The notes beneath the pieces are model-generated. The model was not told the DNA's origin. It saw only the letters and a list, made by a program, of their open reading frames with translations, and searched no databases. From Alphaproteobacteria bacterium (GTDB taxonomy: Bacteria; Pseudomonadota; Alphaproteobacteria; UBA2966): a DNA stretch of 64,000 nt. Shown here piece after piece: positions 1 to 8,544 of this stretch. The DNA lies in assembly GCA_018654745.1 (NCBI GenBank), contig JABILA010000085.1, forward strand, positions 74,191 through 138,190, in the 5' to 3' direction. The translations under genes and the position numbers were made by a program. Within the stretch, counting starts at the first letter, position 1; every line of letters starts with the position of its first letter.

Positions 1-97
1 CGACCAGTTCGACATCCTCCATCGTGCTCCAGGCGTTATGATGAAACTGGCTGAAATAGCCGGTTCCAGCCGTGGCGACCCGCAGTTTTTGTGTCAT
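1..97 (-). CDS. Partial CDS, N-terminus of a Gfo/Idh/MocA-like NAD-binding oxidoreductase; continues beyond window start
   Basis: Reverse complement of 1-97 reads MTQKLRVATAGTGYFSQFHHNAWSTMEDVELV, a Rossmann-type N-terminus typical of Gfo/Idh/MocA. Its ATG at 95-97 overlaps the TGA of the upstream gene (ATGA coupling). Too short for the ORF track. Confidence 0.35.
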   Translation of the reverse strand, partial: MTQKLRVATAGTGYFSQFHHNAWSTMEDVELV

Positions 98-1245
98 GCG
101 GCGGTTTCCTGATTTGCCTGCAATCCGTCAAAGGCGGTGTACACAGCCTTGAAGATTGCATCTGTTCCGGCATCACCACCCAGTTCGAAGGGCACAAGAT
201 CACCACTTTCAAAAGCCCGGTCGACGGCTGTCACGATCAGATCAGCGGCACGTGAGCAGGCTTCATTGCTTTTCACATCGCCCAGCCATTCCAGCATCAT
301 GGCTGCTGACAGGATCATCGCGGTCGGGTTGGCCTTGCCGGTGCCGACGATATCCGGTGCCGTGCCATGGCAAGGCTGGAAAACCGCGTGGTTGTCACCG
401 ATGTCCGCAGAAGGTGCCATGCCCATACCGCCGATCAGGCCGGCACCGAGGTCTGACAGGATATCGCCAAACATATTTTCGGTGACCAGCACATCAAAGG
501 CCCAGGGGCCGCGCACCATATTCAGGGCGGTAGCATCGACATAGGCATAATCCGCACCCAGATCTTTATTCAGGGCAGCGCGTTCATCAAAAATACTGCG
601 GAAGAAAGCAAAGGAGCGAAAGACGTTGGCCTTGTCGACACAGGTAACATTGCCGCGATGTCCCTTGTCCTTGCGCTTCCTTGCAAGATTGAAAGAAAAA
701 TCAAAAAGCTTTTCCGAGATATCACGGGTGATGACCAGGGTGTCTGTCGCAATCTGGTCATCTTCCAGGGTGCCTTTGCCGCGCGATGCAAACAGCCCTT
801 CAACCGATTCGCGGATCAGGACAAAATCCAGTTCTTTCGCCCGTGGATCGGCCAGCGGATAATTCAAGCCAGGGACGGCGCGAACCGGGCGCACGCCTGC
901 ATAAAGTTCGAGATCAAACCGCAGATCAAGCTGTGGTGATATTTCTGTGCCGTCCGCGTAGCGCACATCCGGCAAGCCCATGGCCCCCAATAATATGGCA
1001 TCCGCCCTGGCCGCTGCTTCGCGCGATGAATCGGGATAGGCGACGCCAGTATCGCGATACAGTGCGGCCCCGGCCGGGACCATTTCAAAGTTCAGCGCGA
1101 AGCCGCCAACTTTTGCGGCGACGTGCGAGAGCAGCGCTTCGCAGGGTGTCATGACTTCTGGCCCGATACCGTCACCTGGCATGACAGCAATATTAAATTC
1201 CGTAGGCGTGGGCATGGTGTTCTCCGGTTGTTGAAAGCGCGACAA
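94..1245 (-). CDS. Tartrate dehydrogenase/decarboxylase or D-malate dehydrogenase (decarboxylating); isocitrate/isopropylmalate dehydrogenase family
   Basis: 383 aa. Carries the IAVMPGDGIGPEV nucleotide-binding motif and the NMFGDILSD...GMAPSADIG...CHGTAPDI core typical of TtuC/YeaU/LeuB-type decarboxylating dehydrogenases. Confidence 0.8.
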   Translation of the reverse strand: MSRFQQPENTMPTPTEFNIAVMPGDGIGPEVMTPCEALLSHVAAKVGGFALNFEMVPAGAALYRDTGVAYPDSSREAAARADAILLGAMGLPDVRYADGTEISPQLDLRFDLELYAGVRPVRAVPGLNYPLADPRAKELDFVLIRESVEGLFASRGKGTLEDDQIATDTLVITRDISEKLFDFSFNLARKRKDKGHRGNVTCVDKANVFRSFAFFRSIFDERAALNKDLGADYAYVDATALNMVRGPWAFDVLVTENMFGDILSDLGAGLIGGMGMAPSADIGDNHAVFQPCHGTAPDIVGTGKANPTAMILSAAMMLEWLGDVKSNEACSRAADLIVTAVDRAFESGDLVPFELGGDAGTDAIFKAVYTAFDGLQANQETAA

Positions 1246-1269
1246 TCCGGATTGCGGAATGCCTCAATA

Positions 1270-1298
1270 GTTAATGTATACGTTAATTCATACATTAA
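1270..1298. promoter_or_regulatory. Perfect 9-bp inverted repeat TTAATGTAT-N11-ATACATTAA (contains GTATAC) in a divergent promoter region
   Basis: Read directly from the sequence. It lies between the divergent starts at 1245 and 1331. Confidence 0.45.
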
Positions 1299-1330
1299 AT
1301 CAACAGGGCTCATGACTGGACGAATGCTGT

Positions 1331-2482
1331 TTGACCGTCCATGTTTATGCCTGTCTCGGGGGCTTTTGGAAAATACTTATGCGTTACTTGTTAAACTCGT
1401 ATTTCGGGCACGGCCTGCCGTCTGAAACCGGTCTGGCTGAGGGCGAAATATCCACAGATGCTGAGGCGGCAAAGGCACTGTTCAAACTATGTCCGGCTGC
1501 GCACGTAACGCCGCTGACGGATCATGCCGATCTCGCAAAATCCCTGAATATTGGCCGTCTTTATCTTAAAGATGAACGGTCCCGTATGGGACTTGGCAGT
1601 TTCAAATCCCTGGGCGCAGCTTATGCCATCGCCAAATCCGCGGATAAATGCGTCCGGGATGGCAAGACGGACAGTCACGATGCGGCCTTGCAGGGCGTGA
1701 CCTATGTTTGTGCCAGTGCCGGAAATCATGGATTATCCATGGCTGCCGGTGCGGCGTTGTTTGGTGCCCGGGCTGTTGTCTATTTGTCGGATACAGTCCC
1801 CGAAGCATTTGCCGATCGGCTGAGGGCCAAGGGTGCCGAAGTTGTCCGCGCCGGTCACAATTACGAAGCCAGTATGGCAGCCGCCGTTGATGCCGCCGCT
1901 GCCAATGGATGGAACCTGTTGTCCGACAGCACCTGGCCGGGGTACAGCGACCCGGCACGTGATGTCATGGAAGGGTACCTGATCATGGGCATGGAAGTCG
2001 TTGATCAAATGCCCGAAACCCCGACCCATATTTTCCTGCAAGCTGGTGTCGGTGGCCTTGCTGCTGCCAGCGCCGCCGCTGCCCGTACCAGCTGGGGACC
2101 TGATCCGGTCATCTGTATTGTAGAACCCGACGCAGCCCCTGCCCTGTTGGGTAGTATCGCCGCCGGAAAAGCCGTTGCCTCAGGCGGACCCGTTTCCAAC
2201 ATGGGCCGACTGGATTGCAAGGAGCCGTCACATCTGGCCTTGAAATATCTCGCACGGGAAGCGAACGCTTTTATGGTCGTCAGTGACGCCGAAGCCCTGG
2301 CTGCCGTCGCGACCCTGAAAGAAAATGGTGTGGCCTCTACACCTTCCGGTGTTGCCGGGTTTGCCGGTCTGCAAATCGCTGCAACGGAGAAAATCGATAT
2401 CGGGCTGGATGAAAATTCCCGTGTCCTGATATACATCTCTGAAGGGCCTGAAGATGAAGGGTCTGACGATGTCGGGGACTGA
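1331..2482 (+). CDS. Diaminopropionate ammonia-lyase-like PLP-dependent enzyme (fold type II)
   Basis: Carries the SFKSLGAAYAI lysine motif (compare E. coli DpaL NAFKMLGGAYAI), plus GNHG and QAGVGG...IVEPD motifs. An alternative start at 1379 (MRYLL) has the better RBS. Confidence 0.6.
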   Translation: MTVHVYACLGGFWKILMRYLLNSYFGHGLPSETGLAEGEISTDAEAAKALFKLCPAAHVTPLTDHADLAKSLNIGRLYLKDERSRMGLGSFKSLGAAYAIAKSADKCVRDGKTDSHDAALQGVTYVCASAGNHGLSMAAGAALFGARAVVYLSDTVPEAFADRLRAKGAEVVRAGHNYEASMAAAVDAAAANGWNLLSDSTWPGYSDPARDVMEGYLIMGMEVVDQMPETPTHIFLQAGVGGLAAASAAAARTSWGPDPVICIVEPDAAPALLGSIAAGKAVASGGPVSNMGRLDCKEPSHLALKYLAREANAFMVVSDAEALAAVATLKENGVASTPSGVAGFAGLQIAATEKIDIGLDENSRVLIYISEGPEDEGSDDVGD

Positions 2483-3611
2483 CTTTCCTGACAGCGAATT
2501 TGAGGCCCGGCTGGAAGCTGCCCAAAGTGCCATGCTGAGCGACGGCCTTGATGCGTTGCTTTTCACGACCGAAGCCGAGATGCGATATTTCACCGGCTTT
2601 CGCACTTTGTTCTGGCAAAGCCCGACCCGCCCCTGGTTCCTGATCATTCCCAAAACCGGAAAACCTGTCGCTGTCATACCGGAAATCGGTGCGGCCCTGA
2701 TGGGCCAGACCTGGCTGGATGATATCCGCACCTGGTCGTCCCCCCATGCCGATGATGACGGTGTATCGCTGCTGGTGGATTGTCTGTCGAACGCATCAAA
2801 CATCGGTGTGATGATGGGTCGCGAAAGCTATTTACGCATGCCGCTATCAGATTACCAAAAGCTGGCAGATCGATTGCCGTCAGCTCAATTTGTCAATGCC
2901 AGTGATCTGGTGCAAGCCCTGCGCATGGTAAAATCACCTGCCGAGATAGAAAAAACATTGGCGATTTGCGAGATCGCTTCGCGCAGTTTTGCCAACGCCG
3001 AAGAATTGTTTTTTGAAGGCCAGCCACTGAATGAAGCCTTCCGGGCGTTCAAGATTGATTTGCTGACACAGGGTGCCGAAGACGTGCCCTATCTGGTGGG
3101 TGGCGCCGGACAGGGCGGCTATGGCGATGTTATCTCACCACCCTCCGCCGAGCCGCTGAAAGCAGGCGATGTTCTGATGCTGGATACCGGCGCGACGCTG
3201 GCGGGATACTTCTGTGATTTTGATCGTAACTATGCTTTTGGTCATGCTGATGACGCGGCCAAGTCGGCCTATGACACATTATTCAGGGCCACGGATGCTG
3301 CACTTGAGGTCGCCCGACCGGGCAGCCGTTGCAGTGATCTTTATGCCGCCATGGCCAGGGTGATTGAACAGGACGGCGGCGATGTCGGGCGTTATGGTCA
3401 TGGTCTGGGCATGCAGCTGACCGAATCACCGTCCATCATTTCCTTTGACCAGACCGTGATGAAACCGGGTATGGTGATGACCCTGGAACCTGGCATGAGC
3501 ATCGGAGACGGTAAGATCATGGTCCACGAAGAAAATATTCTGATTTGTGACGGCCCACCAAAATTATTGAGCCAACGGGCAGCGCCCGAGCTGCCGATTT
3601 TCGGAGGGTAA
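2454..3611 (+). CDS. M24 family metallopeptidase (creatinase/prolidase-like)
   Basis: 385 aa. It has a creatinase-type N-domain plus an M24 pita-bread C-domain (GHGLGMQLTE, MVHEENI). Its 5' end overlaps the preceding gene. Confidence 0.7.
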   Translation: MKGLTMSGTDFPDSEFEARLEAAQSAMLSDGLDALLFTTEAEMRYFTGFRTLFWQSPTRPWFLIIPKTGKPVAVIPEIGAALMGQTWLDDIRTWSSPHADDDGVSLLVDCLSNASNIGVMMGRESYLRMPLSDYQKLADRLPSAQFVNASDLVQALRMVKSPAEIEKTLAICEIASRSFANAEELFFEGQPLNEAFRAFKIDLLTQGAEDVPYLVGGAGQGGYGDVISPPSAEPLKAGDVLMLDTGATLAGYFCDFDRNYAFGHADDAAKSAYDTLFRATDAALEVARPGSRCSDLYAAMARVIEQDGGDVGRYGHGLGMQLTESPSIISFDQTVMKPGMVMTLEPGMSIGDGKIMVHEENILICDGPPKLLSQRAAPELPIFGG

Positions 3612-3615
3612 CCGG

Positions 3616-4359
3616 ATGAAACTGTCTTTCGATGTCGACGACGGGGCCGGATCAACAGCCGCACTGGGGCTGATCGTATTGCAGAGCGACGAAAGCATGG
3701 AAGCCGAATTACGGTCCGTGTTTGATCAACCCGGCATTGCCCTTTATCACAGCCGTATCCCCAGCGCGCCGGAAGTCACCGCCGAAACCTTGAAACAAAT
3801 GGAACTGGATTTACCGCTGGCGGCGTCTTTGCTGCCCACGGCCCGGTCGCTTGATGTGGTTGGCTATGGTTGCACATCTGGGGCCACGGTTATTGGTGCT
3901 GACAATGTTGCTGCAGCGATCAACGCCAGCCATGACGGGGCCAAAACAACGGATCCAATAACCGCGGTTATGGCAGCCTGCAGGCACCTCAGTGTCAAGC
4001 GACTGGGTTTTGTCACGCCCTATGTCGCCGAGGTTTCAGAAGCCATGCGGACCTTGCTGGAGAAGAACGGACTGACGGTGGCAGCCTTTGGCTCCTTTGA
4101 GCAAATCGAGGAATCTGTGGTCTCTCGCATTACCGAGCAATCCGTATTGCAAGCTGTTTGCGCCATCGGTGAAAATGAAAATGTCGACGCGGTTTTTGCC
4201 TCCTGCACCAACCTGCGCAGTTTTGATATCATTGACCAGGCAGAAACAGATATTGGCAAACCGGTTATCTCCAGCAACCTGGCCCTGGCCTGGCACATGT
4301 TGACCCTGGCGGGCCTGCCAACTGCGGGCAAAGGTCCCGGAAAATTATTCAACTCATAA
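3616..4359 (+). CDS. Asp/Glu/hydantoin racemase superfamily protein (arylmalonate decarboxylase / maleate isomerase / EutA-like)
   Basis: 247 aa with YGCTSGATVIG and a second Cys-containing half typical of this fold. It sits 4 nt after the preceding gene. Confidence 0.6.
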   Translation: MKLSFDVDDGAGSTAALGLIVLQSDESMEAELRSVFDQPGIALYHSRIPSAPEVTAETLKQMELDLPLAASLLPTARSLDVVGYGCTSGATVIGADNVAAAINASHDGAKTTDPITAVMAACRHLSVKRLGFVTPYVAEVSEAMRTLLEKNGLTVAAFGSFEQIEESVVSRITEQSVLQAVCAIGENENVDAVFASCTNLRSFDIIDQAETDIGKPVISSNLALAWHMLTLAGLPTAGKGPGKLFNS

Positions 4360-4380
4360 TCTCTGACAGCTGAGGGTCCT

Positions 4381-5562
4381 ATGCCTGACGTCGATCTTCC
4401 CTTTTCCCGCAACGAATATGCCGAGCGTCTGACCAGGGTCCGCCGGGCCATGGAGGTCAAAGGCATTGAGCTGCTGATCTCCTCGGACCCCTCCAACATG
4501 GCCTGGCTGACGGGTTATGACGGCTGGTCCTTCTATGTGCATCAGTGCGTGCTGATCCCGATGGAGGGTGAGCCCTTCTGGTTTGGTCGCCTGCAGGATG
4601 GCAACGGTGCCTTACGCACGGTCTATATGAATGAAGCAAACATTCTGTCCTATCCTGACCATTATGTGCAGTCGCCGGATCGCCATCCCATGGATGTGCT
4701 CAGCACCCTGATCACGGACCGGGGTTGGGACAAGCAGCATATCGGCGTGGAAATGGACAACTACTATTTCTCCGCTGCGGCCTTTGCATCTTTATTGAAA
4801 CATCTGCCCAACGCACAATTTCAGGATGCCACGGCCCTGGTGAACTGGTGCCGGGCGGTGAAGTCCGAACAGGAACTGACCTATATGCGCCGCGCCGGAG
4901 CCATCGTCAGCAAGATGCATCAACGCATTTTTGATGTCATTGAACCGGGCATGCGCAAATGCGATCTGGTGGCTGAAATTTATGATGTCGGCATTCGGGG
5001 TACGGATGGTCACGGCGGCGACTACCCGGCCATCGTCCCACTCTTGCCCTCAGGATCAGATGCCGCAGCACCTCACCTGACCTGGGACGACAAGCCCATG
5101 GAATCCGGTGAGGGAACTTTCTTTGAAATCGCTGGTTGTTACCGGCGCTATCATGCACCGCTGTCCCGCACGGTTTTTCTGGGAAAGCCTTCACAGACAT
5201 TTCTGGATGCCGACAAAGCCGTACAGGAAGGCATGGTCGCCGGCCTTGAAAAAGCCAGAGCCGGAAATACCTGCGAAGACATCGCCCATGCCTTTTTTGC
5301 CATCCTTGAGAAGCACAATATCTCCAAAAGCAACCGGGCAGGTTATGCCATCGGTATCAGCTATCCCCCGGACTGGGGCGAGCGCACCATGAGCCTCCGC
5401 TCAGGTGATCAAACCATCCTTGAGGTAGGCATGACTTTCCATTTCATGACCGGCCTGTGGATGGACGACTGGGGCATGGAAACCACCGAAAGCATCGTCA
5501 TCACAGGCGGTGAGCCGGAATGCCTGGCGGACGTACCACGTAAATTGATGGTGAAGGATTAG
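4381..5562 (+). CDS. M24 family hydrolase, ectoine hydrolase (DoeA/EutD)-like or creatinase-like
   Basis: 393 aa. It has a creatinase-type N-domain plus an M24 C-domain. Its context, with a DoeB-like deacylase 1 kb downstream, supports the DoeA-like reading. Confidence 0.65.
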   Translation: MPDVDLPFSRNEYAERLTRVRRAMEVKGIELLISSDPSNMAWLTGYDGWSFYVHQCVLIPMEGEPFWFGRLQDGNGALRTVYMNEANILSYPDHYVQSPDRHPMDVLSTLITDRGWDKQHIGVEMDNYYFSAAAFASLLKHLPNAQFQDATALVNWCRAVKSEQELTYMRRAGAIVSKMHQRIFDVIEPGMRKCDLVAEIYDVGIRGTDGHGGDYPAIVPLLPSGSDAAAPHLTWDDKPMESGEGTFFEIAGCYRRYHAPLSRTVFLGKPSQTFLDADKAVQEGMVAGLEKARAGNTCEDIAHAFFAILEKHNISKSNRAGYAIGISYPPDWGERTMSLRSGDQTILEVGMTFHFMTGLWMDDWGMETTESIVITGGEPECLADVPRKLMVKD

Positions 5563-5572
5563 GAACTTTTAG

Positions 5573-6358
5573 TTGGAAGACATCTACACGCCTCCGGATA
5601 TAGAACGTTCCCGAAAGACTTTTTACCAAGGCTTGATAGGGGTTGCTCTGCTAATATTAGTTACATTAGGCGTCGGCTACGCGGCATACCAATTCAATCC
5701 GTACATCGGCTGTATTGATTTAGCCAGATCAGTCAATTCACGACTGGAATTTTGCTCTACCGTTATTGAGGATCAAACCTCCAGCGCGCTGGATAAGAAA
5801 AATGCCCACTTCAACAGAGGTCAAATCAAACAAAACTCTGGCGATTTTTCCGGTGCCGTTAAAGATTTTTCTTTCGTCATTCAAATCGATCCAGGACGAT
5901 ATGAAGGTCACTTTTTTCGAGGAAAATTGTATTCCCTCACCAAAGAACTCCGGAAAGCCAGGGCAGATCTCAACGAAGCAATCCGAATCAGGCCAGCTGA
6001 AGAAAAAATCCGTATCGCCAGAGCAATGGTGCTAATTGATCTGAAGGAGTTTTCTTCATCGTTGAAAGACCTGGACACCGCTATACGCATGGGCGATCGG
6101 AAGGCAAAAACGTTTTTGGCCCGGGCCTTTGTTCTGTTTCAATTGGGAAAATTCAAGGAATCTCTGTCTGACATCAACAAATTTTTCTCCACGAGCAAAA
6201 GCCAGGACTGGCGCGCCTACGTCTTGCGAAGCGCCATCTATCGCAGGCTAAAAAACGATGCAAATGCAAATGTTGATAGGAAAAAAGCGCTGGAAATCAC
6301 CTCAGACAAAAAGAGAGTTCGCGCATATTTTGGGGAACTTGGCGAAGCTGATCCGTAA
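5573..6358 (+). CDS. TPR-repeat protein with a single N-terminal transmembrane anchor, encoded on a low-GC insertion
   Basis: TTG start 10 nt after the upstream stop, with an AGGAA RBS. It has a hydrophobic segment LIGVALLILVTLGVGYAAY and then about 6 TPR-like 34-aa repeats. The local GC of about 42% contrasts with about 57% in the flanks. Confidence 0.6.
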   Translation: MEDIYTPPDIERSRKTFYQGLIGVALLILVTLGVGYAAYQFNPYIGCIDLARSVNSRLEFCSTVIEDQTSSALDKKNAHFNRGQIKQNSGDFSGAVKDFSFVIQIDPGRYEGHFFRGKLYSLTKELRKARADLNEAIRIRPAEEKIRIARAMVLIDLKEFSSSLKDLDTAIRMGDRKAKTFLARAFVLFQLGKFKESLSDINKFFSTSKSQDWRAYVLRSAIYRRLKNDANANVDRKKALEITSDKKRVRAYFGELGEADP

Positions 6359-6436
6359 TATTTGAGTGGTTCGATTGAGTCCGGCCGAAGACAGTTCTGT
6401 ATCGTCGTCATATTGCCAAAAACTGGCTCACTATGG

Positions 6437-6499
6437 ATACTGGCCTTCGCCAGTATGACGAAAACGAAATAGCCGTGTCATACTGGCGAATGCCAGTAT
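6437..6499. promoter_or_regulatory. Two copies of the 20-bp palindrome ATACTGGC-N4-GCCAGTAT, 43 bp centre to centre, upstream of the DoeB-like gene
   Basis: Sites at 6437-6456 and 6480-6499. Their flanking sequences are inverted relative to each other. Confidence 0.5.
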
Positions 6500-6539
6500 C
6501 CATAGTGCAGTTCCAACCAAAACCAGGACGCCGGACATC

Positions 6540-7529
6540 ATGCAAAATTCCCCCATCACCGCCACAGTTGATTTCGAAGCGGACGGCGTGCAACATGGCT
6601 TTTTTAAATTACCGCATTCCCATGATGGGTCGGCCTGGGGATCGATCATGATTCCGGTGACGGTGGCAAAAAACGGAGACGGCCCGACCGTGTTGCTGAC
6701 CGGCGGCAATCATGGTGATGAATATGAAGGGCCGATTGCGCTGATTGATCTGGCGGCAACGATCAAGGCCAAGAACATCTCGGGCCGGGTGATTATTATT
6801 CCGGGCATGAACTACCCGGCGTTTCAGGCCGGAACCCGAACCTCCCCCATAGACAAGGGAAATTTGAACCGGTTCTTCCCCGGCAACCCGGCAGGCAGCA
6901 TCACTGAAAAAATCGCCGATTATTTCCAGCGCACATTGCTGCCCCTGGCGGACTTTGTCGTCGACATTCATTCCGGTGGCAAGACCCTGGATTTTGTGCC
7001 CTTCTGCGCAGCGCACGTGTTGGAGGACAAGGACCAGCAAGCCAGGTGTGTTGCTGCCATGCAGGCCTTCAATGCGCCCTGGTCCATGATGTTGCTGGAA
7101 ATCGATGCCGTCGGCATGTACGACACAGCCGCAGAAGACATGGGCAAAGTGTTTATTTCTACTGAACTGGGAGGTGGTGGCTCAGCCCGTGCTGAAACTG
7201 TGGCCATCGCCAAAAAAGGTGTGCGCAATGTTCTGAAACATGCCGGTGTCCTGGAAGGCAATCCCGACCTGTCCCCGACCATCAATATCGAGATGCCGGA
7301 CGACCGCTGTTTTGTCACGTCCGAAACCAGCGGTTTGCTGGAAGTCTGCGTTGACCTGGGCGACACCGTCCGTAAAGGCCAAACCCTGGCCCGTGTGCAC
7401 GACATGAAACGCACCGGGTCAGATCCGGTTGTTTACGTCAGCCCCATCGACGGCATCTTCACCGCCAGACACTTCCCCGGCCTGATCGGCATGGGCGATA
7501 TTGTGGCGGTAATCGCAGTGCCCGCTTAA
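6540..7529 (+). CDS. Succinylglutamate desuccinylase/aspartoacylase family deacylase (N-acetyl-diaminobutyrate deacetylase DoeB/EutE-like)
   Basis: 329 aa. Carries the TGGNHGDEYEG and DIHSGG zinc-ligand motifs of the AstE/AspA family. Confidence 0.7.
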   Translation: MQNSPITATVDFEADGVQHGFFKLPHSHDGSAWGSIMIPVTVAKNGDGPTVLLTGGNHGDEYEGPIALIDLAATIKAKNISGRVIIIPGMNYPAFQAGTRTSPIDKGNLNRFFPGNPAGSITEKIADYFQRTLLPLADFVVDIHSGGKTLDFVPFCAAHVLEDKDQQARCVAAMQAFNAPWSMMLLEIDAVGMYDTAAEDMGKVFISTELGGGGSARAETVAIAKKGVRNVLKHAGVLEGNPDLSPTINIEMPDDRCFVTSETSGLLEVCVDLGDTVRKGQTLARVHDMKRTGSDPVVYVSPIDGIFTARHFPGLIGMGDIVAVIAVPA

Positions 7530-8539
7530 CGCCAGTGCACCATGGGTAATCCGGCGACGGGTGAGCGGAAATACGGGATGCGGGTACCGGCCAGTGAGCC
7601 AATATAAACCGTCTTTAAATCCGGTCCGCCAAAGGTTATCGAGGCCATCCATTTAGCAATTGTCCCGCCACACGCCAGCATCAGTTCCGGCGTCACTTCA
7701 TCCCGCTCGAACGCCTGTTCCAGGATTGTCGAAGGACCGGGGACATCATCATCCAGGATGATGCGCAAGTCGCCCTCAGGCGTAATGGCGAAAATCTGGT
7801 CGCGCATAATGTGCGTGCCCCAGAGATTGCCGTAATCATCAAAGGCAATGCCGTCAATGAAATAGCCAGTATTGGAAGGGCCATAAATCTCCCGGTCTGT
7901 CAGCGAACCGTCGGGCTGCACCCGCATGCGACTGATGTGACGACCACTGGTTTCAACGATATAGAGCCATTCTTCCTTTGCATCGAGGCGGATTTCATTG
8001 GTGAAGTGAAAACCATCGGCAACGATGCGAATGCCCTTTTCGTCAACCAGGGCCACATAGCCGTCCTTGATGTCGGGGCTGATGGCCTCCATCCAGTTGT
8101 GGATGCGGGTCGAGACCGTGAGCCAGATGCGGTTTTTGGAATCGCGCAAGACAAAATTTACCTTGCCAATGGGCTGGCCGTCGATGGTGTCGTGCAGCAT
8201 CCGGGTCTCACCGGTGCGGGTCATAACTTCCAGAATATCTGTGCCAAAATTGGAAATCAGAATGTCACCATTTTCCGCGAAGGCAAGGCCATTGGGCAAG
8301 GTGCCATCGACAAATTTATTGGCCACATCAGTCGACGTGGAAAAGTTTGCGGCATAATCCTGAGTGATGATTTCCTGGCTGCCATCGGGTGAGATTTTCA
8401 CCACCCCGCCGCGTGCGTCGGCGGACCACAAGGTGCCATCCGGTTCTGCCAGAATACATTCGGGACGCTGCAGGTCTTCGCCGATATAAGAGATATCAGA
8501 CTTGCTGACGGTGAAGCCGTCGATGGGATTGTTTGTCAT
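7526..8539 (-). CDS. SMP-30/gluconolactonase/LRE-like beta-propeller hydrolase
   Basis: 337 aa with repeated D-G-x-L-W/Y and NGLAF motifs. Its stop overlaps the next gene's start. Confidence 0.55.
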   Translation of the reverse strand: MTNNPIDGFTVSKSDISYIGEDLQRPECILAEPDGTLWSADARGGVVKISPDGSQEIITQDYAANFSTSTDVANKFVDGTLPNGLAFAENGDILISNFGTDILEVMTRTGETRMLHDTIDGQPIGKVNFVLRDSKNRIWLTVSTRIHNWMEAISPDIKDGYVALVDEKGIRIVADGFHFTNEIRLDAKEEWLYIVETSGRHISRMRVQPDGSLTDREIYGPSNTGYFIDGIAFDDYGNLWGTHIMRDQIFAITPEGDLRIILDDDVPGPSTILEQAFERDEVTPELMLACGGTIAKWMASITFGGPDLKTVYIGSLAGTRIPYFRSPVAGLPMVHWR

Positions 8540-8544
8540 GGGTT

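Noticed and set aside
6361-6400. tRNA-like T-arm sequence GTGGTTCGATTGAGTCCGG
   Set aside because: No acceptor or anticodon stems can be built around it. It is an isolated resemblance, not a tRNA.
6408-6651. Two overlapping opposite-strand small ORFs, 6408-6596 (-) and 6433-6651 (+), encoding near-identical peptides
   Set aside because: They are mirror-image artefacts of the tandem ATACTGGC-N4-GCCAGTAT palindromes and lie in a regulatory region.
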